The notes under the pieces: generated by a model
What the model was told of the DNA's origin: nothing
Databases searched by the model: none
Seen by the model: the letters and a program-made list of their open reading frames with translations, nothing else
Virus record (IMG/VR): IMGVR_UViG_2636416187_000004
Coordinates: 1 to 64,000 of that record
Strand: one strand, 5' to 3'
Source: a virus
Taxonomy: Duplodnaviria; Caudoviricetes
Length of the DNA: 64,000 nucleotides
Shown here: positions 1-8,494 of the stretch, one piece after another
Numbering within the stretch: position 1 is the first letter of the stretch
Layout of the letters: every line of letters starts with the position of its first letter
Position numbers and translations under genes: made by a program

Positions 1-1116
1 CTACCCGGTGATTTCGCTGATATTGAGGTCTGGAATTGCCTCCGACCAGACGATTTCGGCGTGGTCCTTCTGGTAGTTTTTGGTCATAGTTTCGCTGGCG
101 TGGCCGGCGATCTTCTGCCCATCTTTTCCGGCCTTCTGGTACAGGTGCAGCGACAGTGCCCGCACTTCATGGAAGCCTGGCATTTCCTCTTCCTTCCATC
201 CCTTGTAACAACCCGCCGCTTCCCGGGCCTCCTTGAAGGCTCGCGTCAAATATCGTTCTTCGACCTGCGTCCAGTGATCCTTCGTCTGCGCCTGCTTCTG
301 CTTTTTGCGGTCTGGCCGGCGGTGAATCAGGTAAGGCGAGACGATGTCATCCCGGCACCGGCTGATTACCGCTTGGAGTTCTTCGGTCACTTTGAACCGG
401 ATCCACGCTGCATCGCTGGCTTTGGCCGTCTTCTGTTGCACCACATACAGGAACCCTTCCCGAACCCCGTCGAATCGCATGTTGAGAATGTCGGTTCGCC
501 GCTGCGCGGTGATCAACGCCAAATCGATCGCGTTCTGCAGCCAGAACGGCGACTTCTCCCGAATGGCTTTCAGGCCATCGACGGTGTGCCGCTTGCGTTG
601 CTTCTTCTCGATCCGGTTGATGGTGCTGGCCGCCGGATTGTCCGGGCACAGGCCTTTGGCAGCTGCATGGTTGAAGATGTCGATCAGCAGGGCGCGGCAC
701 TGGTTGGCAGTGCGCGGCGTGAGAGCGTCCAGCATCTCGGCGATCATGCGGATCGTGATCTGGTCGACGGCCTTGCCTTCGAACTGTTTCCGGAAGCGGC
801 GAAAGTGCACGGCGTACAGCCCGAGCGTGCCCTTGGCCAGTTCGCGCGGCGGTAGTACGTCACGCTCGTATGTGTCCAGGAAGCCGGCGAACGATTCCGA
901 CGTGCTGCCCATCACAGCGCCGACCAGGTCAGCGCCGCGCATGAACTCCAGATTCAACTGCTTCGCGGCATCGATCGCTTTGACTCGGTCGGTGCCGAAC
1001 TGGAACCACTTACCGTCGGTAGGCCGCCGGTAGCGATAGGTCGAGCGCCGCGAATCGAAGTACAGGTTCTGCGGGAGGCTCTTGTTCGCCTTGTTGCGCG
1101 GCCGTGGGACCATCAT
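1..1116 (-). CDS. int: Tyrosine integrase of prophage 1
   Basis: N-terminal arm-binding-like region; TAQRRTDI (R), FHEVR (HxxR), AGH, NY catalytic pattern. Confidence 0.93.
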   Translation of the reverse strand: MMVPRPRNKANKSLPQNLYFDSRRSTYRYRRPTDGKWFQFGTDRVKAIDAAKQLNLEFMRGADLVGAVMGSTSESFAGFLDTYERDVLPPRELAKGTLGLYAVHFRRFRKQFEGKAVDQITIRMIAEMLDALTPRTANQCRALLIDIFNHAAAKGLCPDNPAASTINRIEKKQRKRHTVDGLKAIREKSPFWLQNAIDLALITAQRRTDILNMRFDGVREGFLYVVQQKTAKASDAAWIRFKVTEELQAVISRCRDDIVSPYLIHRRPDRKKQKQAQTKDHWTQVEERYLTRAFKEAREAAGCYKGWKEEEMPGFHEVRALSLHLYQKAGKDGQKIAGHASETMTKNYQKDHAEIVWSEAIPDLNISEITG

Positions 1117-1325
1117 GCAGCTCCTTTCAATACCATCGCGACCAGATCATTGCCGTCTGACCGGCTGAACGCTGTCCAATCAACGTACCAGAGTTTCCCG
1201 ATCTGCTCGCCGGGCACCTGGCCGTTGCGGATGTAGTTGCGTATCGCTTGGGGGCAGGGTGGTGTGCCGTTTTCACCCCAGCGCCGGCGCTGGAATTCAC
1301 TGATCTTGATCAGCTCTTTTTTCAT
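1113..1325 (-). CDS. xis: Excisionase / recombination directionality factor
   Basis: 70-aa basic winged-helix-like ORF overlapping the int start (ATGA). Confidence 0.7.
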   Translation of the reverse strand: MKKELIKISEFQRRRWGENGTPPCPQAIRNYIRNGQVPGEQIGKLWYVDWTAFSRSDGNDLVAMVLKGAA

Positions 1326-1369
1326 TGTGATGCTCCATGCCGCGCGTGGCGGCAGAAGGTGGTGAAGGG

Positions 1370-1864
1370 TTATGCGCCGGCCTTGGCCAGGACTGCGTCG
1401 GCGACCGCCATTGCAGCTTGAGCGTCGTCCACGTAGGCGGGGTCGAATCCGCCAGCGAGATGGATGGTTGCTTGGCAGGCGCGCAGGTTCTCGCGGTTGA
1501 GCTTCAGCGCGGCGACCAGCTCTTCGTGCAGTCCGCGCTCCTCGCGACCGATATCCCAGAATCGCTGGCCCCAGTGCCCGGCCGGTGGCGGGTTTTTGTT
1601 CTGCGCGCCGAACGCCAGTGAACCGACAACAGAGTTCAGCAGGTCGCGCTTGTAGCCGTTGTCGCCGTCGATGCTCAGGCCGTGCCGGCGCAGGGTGGAA
1701 ACCACCTCGTTCAGGTCGATTCCTTTGTCCTGCAGCACGATGTCGAGTTCTGGTTTTTCGGGGGTGTAGATGGTCAGGCAGAGCTTGGCGCCGTCTGGCA
1801 GACAGGCGCTGATCTTCTCCAGCGCATCGCTTGCAGTTTCATGAAAACGGTTCAGAGCGGACAT
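1370..1864 (-). CDS. Phage hypothetical protein, homolog of 43476-43961
   Basis: SD (GAGGA) before ATG 1864; shares HWGQRFWDIGREERGLHEELV with the prophage 2 copy. Confidence 0.75.
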   Translation of the reverse strand: MSALNRFHETASDALEKISACLPDGAKLCLTIYTPEKPELDIVLQDKGIDLNEVVSTLRRHGLSIDGDNGYKRDLLNSVVGSLAFGAQNKNPPPAGHWGQRFWDIGREERGLHEELVAALKLNRENLRACQATIHLAGGFDPAYVDDAQAAMAVADAVLAKAGA

Positions 1865-1918
1865 ACAAATTCCTCGCCCGCCGTACACCGGCAGGCTGTT
1901 GAGTGGTCAATTTAGGGT

Positions 1919-2236
1919 TTACAACTGGATGAGTTCGGCGGGGACGCTCACCGTGGCGCCGCGCTTGGCGAAGACCACGGCGCGGAACACCGCAATGGTT
2001 TGGGTTTCGCCGGACTGGCGGTTGAACGGGTCGTTCGCCATGTCGGCCAGCCACGGGTGCCGGTGGCCAACATCGACCCAGACGCCGTACTTCGTGATCA
2101 GCTGCTCGGCGTCGGGCAGGGCGAAGAGACCCAATTGGCCGGCGGCGGGCTGCTGGTCACCCTCGATCGCGTCGATTGCCCAGTCCAGCGCCGGGCCGGT
2201 CAGTTCTTCGGTGCGAACGCTGACCATGCTGCTCAC
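1919..2236 (-). CDS. NinX/DUF2591-like phage protein
   Basis: VRTEELTGPALDWA motif; near-identical to 44013-44330. Confidence 0.7.
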   Translation of the reverse strand: MSSMVSVRTEELTGPALDWAIDAIEGDQQPAAGQLGLFALPDAEQLITKYGVWVDVGHRHPWLADMANDPFNRQSGETQTIAVFRAVVFAKRGATVSVPAELIQL

Positions 2237-2568
2237 GGCTTCCAGCGCCTGCCAACGCGATAAACCGTCATCAGGTTGTGATGGAGCGGCACCTTGAGCA
2301 CATGGTCGAAAAACTCACCCTTGCCGGAGATGAAACCAGTTGGCACTTTGGTTCCTCCGGTGCCGAATTCTCGCCAGCATTCTTCGCCGCCGTTCTTGTC
2401 CCAGTAGGCGCGCTCGCGTTTTGGAATCTCATCGTAGGTTTTTTCGAATACGGAGATATCCGGGATATCACAGATCCGGCGCCATGCTGGATTGCGCTTG
2501 CACCAGTCGGCGGCATGCTGAGCGGCTTGATCGACAGAATAAAATTCTTTCCAGGTTTGTTCGTTCAT
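2233..2568 (-). CDS. Phage hypothetical protein
   Basis: ORF coupled by ATGA overlaps on both sides. Confidence 0.65.
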   Translation of the reverse strand: MNEQTWKEFYSVDQAAQHAADWCKRNPAWRRICDIPDISVFEKTYDEIPKRERAYWDKNGGEECWREFGTGGTKVPTGFISGKGEFFDHVLKVPLHHNLMTVYRVGRRWKP

Positions 2569-2621
2569 CGCCACGGCCCCTTGTAGATGAGGTAGGCCAT
2601 GTAGAGCGGGGCGAAGATCAT
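2565..2621 (-). CDS. 18-aa hydrophobic peptide MIFAPLYMAYLIYKGPWR
   Basis: ATGA-coupled on both sides; conserved in prophage 2 at 44701-44769. Confidence 0.55.
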   Translation of the reverse strand: MIFAPLYMAYLIYKGPWR

Positions 2622-2947
2622 GGCTTCACCTCGCGACGCGCCCACCAGCAGACCGGGCCATTGTCAGTGTCGTGGATCGAAAGACAGAACCAGCCTTCGC
2701 CGTCCGGCTTGTCCGGATCCCAGTAGCTGCAATCCGAATCGCCCGCGTCGAAGTAGCGGTCAGAGACTGTTTGGTCGCTGTGGTGTTCGAGCTCGACCAT
2801 TTTCACCTGCAGGCCCTGCTCGATGACCCAGGCCTTGCACTTGTCTCCGTCACCATCATCGAAGTCGGGCAGGTCGGGATGCTGAAACATGCCGTCCTCA
2901 TCGCGAACGACCGGAGCTGGTTGGATCAATTTGATTTCTTCAGACAT
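2618..2947 (-). CDS. Acidic phage hypothetical protein
   Basis: ORF with hairpin and AAGGA SD leader. Confidence 0.7.
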   Translation of the reverse strand: MSEEIKLIQPAPVVRDEDGMFQHPDLPDFDDGDGDKCKAWVIEQGLQVKMVELEHHSDQTVSDRYFDAGDSDCSYWDPDKPDGEGWFCLSIHDTDNGPVCWWARREVKP

Positions 2948-3067
2948 GACTTCGTCCTTGCCGCTATAGCGGCTGACTTGAAGGGAGAGGTGTGTAAGGG
3001 AGCTTGTGTGGAGTCCCGTGTGAGGAATTGCTAATGTGCTGGGTACCGACGTTCACGGACTGAGCAA

Positions 3068-3508
3068 ATGGAAACCAAACTATCTAGGCGTACATTGCTA
3101 CTCGTCCCCCTCCTTCTGTTTTGCGGACAAGCCCAGGCTCGCGGTGGAAGAGGCGGTCGTGGATCCCGCTGGGGAGGGCGTGGTGGGAGAAGCGGGAGTG
3201 GCAATGGATTTTTGTGGTTCCTTGGCATATGCGGAGTATTTTTCGTCTTCGTTCAACTGAGCTCTTGGAAGAAGGCCCGGTTAGATGCTCGTAACCAAGC
3301 TGCAGAGGCAGCCCGGCTTGAAGAAATCGAACGCTTAAAACCGCCTAAAGCTGACTGGGAGAGGCTAGGGTTGTGCTTGCTTTGTGGCAGCCCCATGGCT
3401 CTTCGAGTCACGAAAGTTGGTAGGCGGCGCGGCACTAAATTTTTGGGGTGTACGTCCTACCCACGGTGCATAGGAACCCGAAAAATTACAGCAGGAATTT
3501 CCCGGTAG
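3068..3508 (+). CDS. Moron: membrane protein with Gly/Arg-rich linker and C-terminal topoisomerase-type C4 zinc ribbon
   Basis: Two hydrophobic segments; CLLCGSPMALR...FLGCTSYPRC motif. Confidence 0.7.
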   Translation: METKLSRRTLLLVPLLLFCGQAQARGGRGGRGSRWGGRGGRSGSGNGFLWFLGICGVFFVFVQLSSWKKARLDARNQAAEAARLEEIERLKPPKADWERLGLCLLCGSPMALRVTKVGRRRGTKFLGCTSYPRCIGTRKITAGISR

Positions 3509-3543
3509 TCAGTCGGGCGATCCGGGTTTTTGTTAGCCGAGGA

Positions 3544-4131
3544 TTACATCAAGCAGGCCTGCTTCTGCGGCTGTTCTTGGCACAGCGCCTGTTGCACCGC
3601 GAGAATGATTCGTTCGAGGTAGGCGTAGTCGGGATTTGGCTCAGTGGCATCGTTCGTCACGTGCCACCACTCGTCGCCGAACAGCCTGGTCATCAGCTCG
3701 CTGTGGACGGCGTGCAAATGCTCAATCGATGGCGATTCGCGCAGATCCTCCGCCTCGTCGAACATTTCGCGCGCTTCGTCCGGCGTGTAGCAGAATCGAC
3801 GTCGTTCTTTCAGCACCAGGCGCTGCGCTTCGTTCGCGAGAGCATCACCGCTGAATTGCCGTGATCTCAAAGCTTGGTCGAAGTAACCGATGATGTAGCA
3901 GGTGCTCAGCTCGCAGAAAAACTGCGCAATGGTGTGGCCGTCCCACATGCCACCCCAGTAAGCCGTCCAGCTCTTGCCCCAGCAGCTGACCGTGATCTTG
4001 CCTCGTTTTGGCGCCAGGTCTTCGAGAAACACGGTGATCTGGTCGAGGCTCGGCGCTCCGGTGATCACCAGCTTCGTGACTGTCGAGCGCTCAACCTGCA
4101 GCGGTACTGCCGGATTGTTTTCTGTGGGCAT
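3544..4131 (-). CDS. Phage hypothetical protein
   Basis: 195-aa ORF with hairpin and SD leader; 5' remnant present in prophage 2 at 46805-46900. Confidence 0.7.
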   Translation of the reverse strand: MPTENNPAVPLQVERSTVTKLVITGAPSLDQITVFLEDLAPKRGKITVSCWGKSWTAYWGGMWDGHTIAQFFCELSTCYIIGYFDQALRSRQFSGDALANEAQRLVLKERRRFCYTPDEAREMFDEAEDLRESPSIEHLHAVHSELMTRLFGDEWWHVTNDATEPNPDYAYLERIILAVQQALCQEQPQKQACLM

Positions 4132-4258
4132 GGAGCGTCCTATGCCGGGGCATGCCCGGGCGGTGGAGAGTTATAATGCGAGGATAGGAAATTGTTGACT
4201 GCCTAAAAGCCGTTACAGTTGCATTGTGCTGGAATAGTACATTTTGAAAAGTTAAGAG

Positions 4259-5227
4259 GTGGACAGTTTGAGGCAGATCGAACTAATAACAACATTTCGA
4301 TGGCTGAACATGGATGTTCGCCCTGGAATCTACAAGATAATGCCCACGCTTAGCATAGTTGTTGGGCGGGAGCAAATTAGGAAGTTTATTCCTCGAGACC
4401 TTGAGAGGTTCGCAGGTTTAATAGAATACAAGCATTTGATGTCTGCAAATCATCTTGTGGTTTGCGAGCAAGAGGATTTAGATAATTGGGATGAAGATCT
4501 TACTGCTGACCAAATTCTTCATATTTGGATGCTTTTTGTTGAGTGGGCGCTTCAAGATTCGTGGCTTGTTAAGGATAACTGTTTCATTTGTGAGATGGCG
4601 TACTGTCGTTTAAGTCATTCAGGTACTATCGCTTGGTCGAATGCGAACCTTTACGCTCAGTCTTCCACCGCTAACGGTGACAGACAAGCTCTGGTTACCT
4701 TCAATGATGCTGAATTCGATCTTTGGGCATCTAAGGGATTACAGCTTCGCACTCAGCTGCACGAAACAGGATTCTCTATTTACACCCCTGTGATATCTAA
4801 AGAGATTACAAGGTTTGCTAGGTTTTTGTCATTTGTTCAAATTTCGAGGTGTGCTAGTCATCCCGCAATGAAGATTTCACAAATGTGCAGCGCGCTAGAA
4901 AGCTTGTTTTCCACAACTACTACCGAACTCACTCATCGTCTTTCGGAGCGAGTTGCCTTTTTTCTTGGAGGTTCTCCGGTTCAAATGGAGGAGAATTACC
5001 AGTTGATGAAAAAGTGTTATGCTGTTAGATCGCAAGTAACTCACGGCTCCCATGTAAGTAAGGCGTTTGCAAAAATAACTCCTGATCTTAGCGAGGCGAT
5101 GCTGGTTTTACTAAGGGATATAACTTTCAGAATCCTAGATGAAATTGAATGCTCATCATTAGTTGCAGGGAGTGATGAGTTGATAGAAGAGTATTTCAGG
5201 AAGCGCTTGTTTTTTGGAGTTCATTAG
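4259..5227 (+). CDS. Moron: ApeA-like HEPN domain protein (putative RNase, anti-phage candidate)
   Basis: ALESLF...ELTHRLSERVAFFLG and RSQVTH (Rx4H) motifs; AT-rich, counter-oriented. Confidence 0.75.
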   Translation: MDSLRQIELITTFRWLNMDVRPGIYKIMPTLSIVVGREQIRKFIPRDLERFAGLIEYKHLMSANHLVVCEQEDLDNWDEDLTADQILHIWMLFVEWALQDSWLVKDNCFICEMAYCRLSHSGTIAWSNANLYAQSSTANGDRQALVTFNDAEFDLWASKGLQLRTQLHETGFSIYTPVISKEITRFARFLSFVQISRCASHPAMKISQMCSALESLFSTTTTELTHRLSERVAFFLGGSPVQMEENYQLMKKCYAVRSQVTHGSHVSKAFAKITPDLSEAMLVLLRDITFRILDEIECSSLVAGSDELIEEYFRKRLFFGVH

Positions 5228-5297
5228 TTTTGTTCTCGCTCGGCTCTATGGGATCCTCGCCGGCTGGCGTGATCGTGAGAAAAGGGGGGTTTAAGGG

Positions 5298-6152
5298 TTA
5301 TGCGCGCTCGCCGAGGTCCAGCCCTATCTGGCTGACCCGATCGACACATGCCGGGCTCAGCCAAACGCATTCGGTTCGGCTTGCTGTGCCTCTGCTTGCG
5401 CTGATCCGCGCCGAAGTGCTGTAGCAGGCCCAGCCCGGCAGCATCTCTGCATACAGGTCGCTCGGGTAGCCCGAGAGCACGACCATTCCTTCCAGCTCGA
5501 GCAAAACGCTGAGCAATTCGCGGTGGGCCGTGTCGTCCATTTCGTGCTTGTAGTAGCGGCCGCTTGACGCGCCTTTATACCTGGTGCCATGCACGTAGGG
5601 CGGGTCGACGTAGTGCAGCGTCTGAGGCCCGTCGTGCGCCCTGATCACCTCGATCGCCGGCCTGTTCTCGATCAGCACGCCGATCAGGCGCTGGCCAACC
5701 TCGGCAAGTTGCTCAGGATAGGTCGCCCACAGTGACTGGGCCGTGCCGTATTGGCGCTTCGTATCGATGCGAAATCCGGTGACGCCCTTAGTGGCGCCGG
5801 CGGAGCCGAAGCCCATCTGGGCGCGAATGATCGTTCGCCGCGCTCGTTCGACTGGTTCGGCGCTCGGCTCCCACGACAGTTGGAATTCCTCGCGAGAGTA
5901 GGGCGTGAATACCAAGCGCTCGGTAAGTCCCGATCGCGTGACCGGATCCTGCAGGACGCGGAACAGATTGACGATGTCGCCGTCCAGGTCGTTGTAGACC
6001 TCGGCATACGATCGTGGCTTCTGCATCAGGACGCCGGCGGCGCCCCCGAATGACTCGACGTAGCAGGTGTGCGGCGGAAAGTGTTGCAGCACCCACGGCG
6101 CAAGCCGGAACTTGGCACCGTGGTAGCGGATGACCGGTGCGGTGATGGTCAT
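5298..6152 (-). CDS. DNA adenine methyltransferase (D12/Dam-like), orphan
   Basis: YHGAK, YVESFGGAA, YNDLD and YVDPPY motifs. Confidence 0.9.
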   Translation of the reverse strand: MTITAPVIRYHGAKFRLAPWVLQHFPPHTCYVESFGGAAGVLMQKPRSYAEVYNDLDGDIVNLFRVLQDPVTRSGLTERLVFTPYSREEFQLSWEPSAEPVERARRTIIRAQMGFGSAGATKGVTGFRIDTKRQYGTAQSLWATYPEQLAEVGQRLIGVLIENRPAIEVIRAHDGPQTLHYVDPPYVHGTRYKGASSGRYYKHEMDDTAHRELLSVLLELEGMVVLSGYPSDLYAEMLPGWACYSTSARISASRGTASRTECVWLSPACVDRVSQIGLDLGERA

Positions 6153-6277
6153 GAGTTGTTTCCAGTCAGGCGCCGCCCTCCGTGACCGGTGGTGGCAATT
6201 TGGTTTTGGTTGGGGTATTACGGGTGACCGGCAAGGAACATGGTTCAGCCACCAAAAACCAGACAAAAGAGAAGGAT

Positions 6278-6874
6278 ATGGGGATGTTTGACGACTTCGC
6301 TACGGACAACATTTCAATCATCAAGAGCAACGGACAGCGTTACGATGGACTGAAAGCGAGCGTTCAGAGAGACAAGATTTTTTTCGAGAACGCTTCGATC
6401 CTTGTTGAGCCTCGTGATTTGATCCAGAGGAATATGTCCAACGGAGGGGTTGAAACATTTGAGGTAATAGATCCAGGCTTCGTTGAAGCGATCATGGATT
6501 TTGAGGCCCATTATCAGATGAGAGTCAGAAAAATGGGCATCCCAGAGGCGGAAAAAGCTGTTCGGAGCATCACCTACAACATAAGCGGTGCCAACGCGCG
6601 GGTTAACAATCACAGCGTTGATAATTCGATCAACAATGTGACGATCAACCCGGAAGTGTCGAGTTTGATTACAGCCCTTCGCTCTGAGCTCTCCAAGCTC
6701 GAGTTGGCCCCCCAGGCGCGTGCGGAAGTTGGCGAAGTTGTTGATGAAATTGAGACGCAGCTTAGCTCTAAAGCTCCGAAAAGGACGGTTATCAGGAGCT
6801 TGCTTGCGGCCCTACCTCATGTGGAAACAGTTGCCTCCATCAGCGCTTCGATTCTCGGAATGGTGTCCAGCTAG
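6278..6874 (+). CDS. Moron: hypothetical protein
   Basis: AAGGA SD before ATG 6278; counter-oriented, lower GC. Confidence 0.7.
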   Translation: MGMFDDFATDNISIIKSNGQRYDGLKASVQRDKIFFENASILVEPRDLIQRNMSNGGVETFEVIDPGFVEAIMDFEAHYQMRVRKMGIPEAEKAVRSITYNISGANARVNNHSVDNSINNVTINPEVSSLITALRSELSKLELAPQARAEVGEVVDEIETQLSSKAPKRTVIRSLLAALPHVETVASISASILGMVSS

Positions 6875-6923
6875 TTTTAGGTGGTCGGTTCTGCCGGCGT
6901 AACAGGTAGGTCACGCCTACCTG

Positions 6924-7155
6924 TCACGCAATGCGAATGTAATCAGCTAGCTGATCGTCGCTCATTCGGTCGGCGCCGCGAATGAATCGGGAAATCAGAT
7001 CTTGCTCTTCGTCGATGCCGGCTCGGGCCATTACCCGCTTCAGTGCGGCGTCATCGTTATGATAGAGCTTCGTGACAATCTGCCGCGACAGTAGCGCGGC
7101 TTCTTTTTCCGCCTGGGTTAGCTTGTCCCGCTCGCGCTGTTGGCGTCTTGGCCAT
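6924..7155 (-). pseudogene. Frameshifted small phage gene (MAKTP/QRERDKL...YIRIA)
   Basis: ATG with GAGG SD is out of frame with a downstream open frame containing LKRVMA, also found in the syntenic 50881-51174 protein. Confidence 0.5.
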
Positions 7156-7236
7156 GGCCTACCTCTTCAATTCCGCTGGCCGGCAAGTCCAGCCAGGGCT
7201 GTCGGCGGCGCGTGGCCGCTCGGTTGATCGTTCGCT

Positions 7237-7551
7237 TCACTGAGGCCCCGGGAACTTGATGCTGTTCTCGCGTGCGATGAGGCGGGCGCGCTTTGTTTCC
7301 ATGCCCATCTCTTTGGCTGCCTCGATGACGGTGAGGCCGTTGTCGGCCAGTTCCTTCAGGCGCGGAGCCAGCTTGTCGCGTTCGGCGCGCAGCTTGTTGC
7401 TGTGCGAGGTGCCAAACATCGCCTCGCGCTCACCGGAGACGCCCGGCGCGACCTGTTCGATCTTGTTGCCGGCGCCGAAGAAGGCGTCGAGCTGCTGGTT
7501 TAGGTTGTCGATCAGCTGGTCCCGAGGGTTTGGAAGTGGAACGCCGATCAT
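7237..7551 (-). CDS. HTH-like phage protein
   Basis: GLTVIEAAKEMGMETKRARLIA HTH-like segment; coupled to neighbours. Confidence 0.65.
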   Translation of the reverse strand: MIGVPLPNPRDQLIDNLNQQLDAFFGAGNKIEQVAPGVSGEREAMFGTSHSNKLRAERDKLAPRLKELADNGLTVIEAAKEMGMETKRARLIARENSIKFPGPQ

Positions 7552-7832
7552 CGCTGATCACCCGCTGGCATGCGCTTCACGCCGCTGGCGCGCGATTCCA
7601 GTTCCTGCGCGTAGTTCACCGCCTCCTTGTAGCTGAAGCGGAAGCCCCGGACCTTGTCGGTGGCGAGCTCCACGATGTGGTACGCCTTTTCACCTTTGGG
7701 CACGACCTGGTAGCGAATCTTCTGCACGGGAGGTTCCTTGCCGATCAGTGAGTAGAACTCGGCGGTGGCGACGATTGCGCGGAGGCGCAAGGCTTCAAGT
7801 CCTGCGGAGCGCTGCTGCATCAGTGGGTGCAT
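7548..7832 (-). CDS. Phage hypothetical protein
   Basis: GAGG SD before ATG 7832. Confidence 0.65.
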   Translation of the reverse strand: MHPLMQQRSAGLEALRLRAIVATAEFYSLIGKEPPVQKIRYQVVPKGEKAYHIVELATDKVRGFRFSYKEAVNYAQELESRASGVKRMPAGDQR

Positions 7833-7937
7833 GGCTGATACCTCGGTGGTGGGGTTGCGTTTATTCGTCAGCACTCGGCGCCGCCTGCTGGTTGCCGTTG
7901 GGCGCAGGGGAGAGTGCTGACGGATAAAGGCGAGGCG

Positions 7938-7972
7938 AAAAAAAAGGCCCAACTGGACGGGAGGGCCTTTTG
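7938..7972. terminator. Intrinsic terminator in early-left transcript (possibly bidirectional)
   Basis: A8-GGCCC...GGGCC-T4 stem. Confidence 0.55.
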
Positions 7973-8028
7973 TGTTGCTCAGATGCAGTGATCTCGGGTG
8001 GCGAGATTTTTGGCGGGATCGTTCAGCG

Positions 8029-8166
8029 CTAGAACGCGGCGACCCCGGCGGTACATCGCCAGCGCTCCCGGTGTGCACGTTGCGGATCGGTTGGCAGCGC
8101 GATAGAGCAGGGCGGTTCTGGCCGCAAATGCGAAAGCGCTACGCCGATCAGGATGATCAGGAGCAT
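8029..8166 (-). CDS. 45-aa protein with hydrophobic N-terminus
   Basis: GGAG SD, MLLIILIGVAL start. Confidence 0.45.
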   Translation of the reverse strand: MLLIILIGVALSHLRPEPPCSIALPTDPQRAHRERWRCTAGVAAF

Positions 8167-8267
8167 GTGGATCTCCGGTTGAGTGTGGTTGTCGGGCATC
8201 TGCTGCACAGGCATTGCACCGGGTGTTACGCTTAATGCTCTACCAAGATGCACAACAGAGGACGTTT

Positions 8268-8447
8268 ATGAGTCAGGAAAGAAGCGGAACAGTTGAGTCG
8301 ATCGATACAGCTCGGGCTGTGGCGAACAAACTTGCACTTCATGGCGAGTCAAAGGATGCAAAGGACGCGGCGGCGGCGATCTTCTCGCTGTGCAACGTGG
8401 TCTCTGTCCTTTTGGGTCGAATCGAGAAACTCGAGTCCGACAAGTAA
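8268..8447 (+). CDS. Small counter-oriented hypothetical protein
   Basis: GAGGA SD before ATG 8268; helical composition. Confidence 0.5.
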   Translation: MSQERSGTVESIDTARAVANKLALHGESKDAKDAAAAIFSLCNVVSVLLGRIEKLESDK

Positions 8448-8494
8448 AACCGCTACAACACCGGGGCCTTTGCTGTTGGCCTCGGTTGCTTGGG

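Noticed and set aside
1873-1897. Minus-strand hairpin CTGCCG-GTGTA-CGGCGG resembling a type I-F CRISPR repeat (RNA anti-CRISPR candidate)
   Set aside because: The loop is similar but the stem length and both flanks (GTTCA, CTAAGAAA) do not match; it is better explained as one of the leader hairpins.
4259-6152. HEPN plus adenine MTase (or HNH plus C5 MTase) as a classical type II restriction-modification pair
   Set aside because: The MTases are GC-rich members of the early operon while the neighbours are convergent AT-rich insertions that differ between phages; adjacency looks slot-driven.
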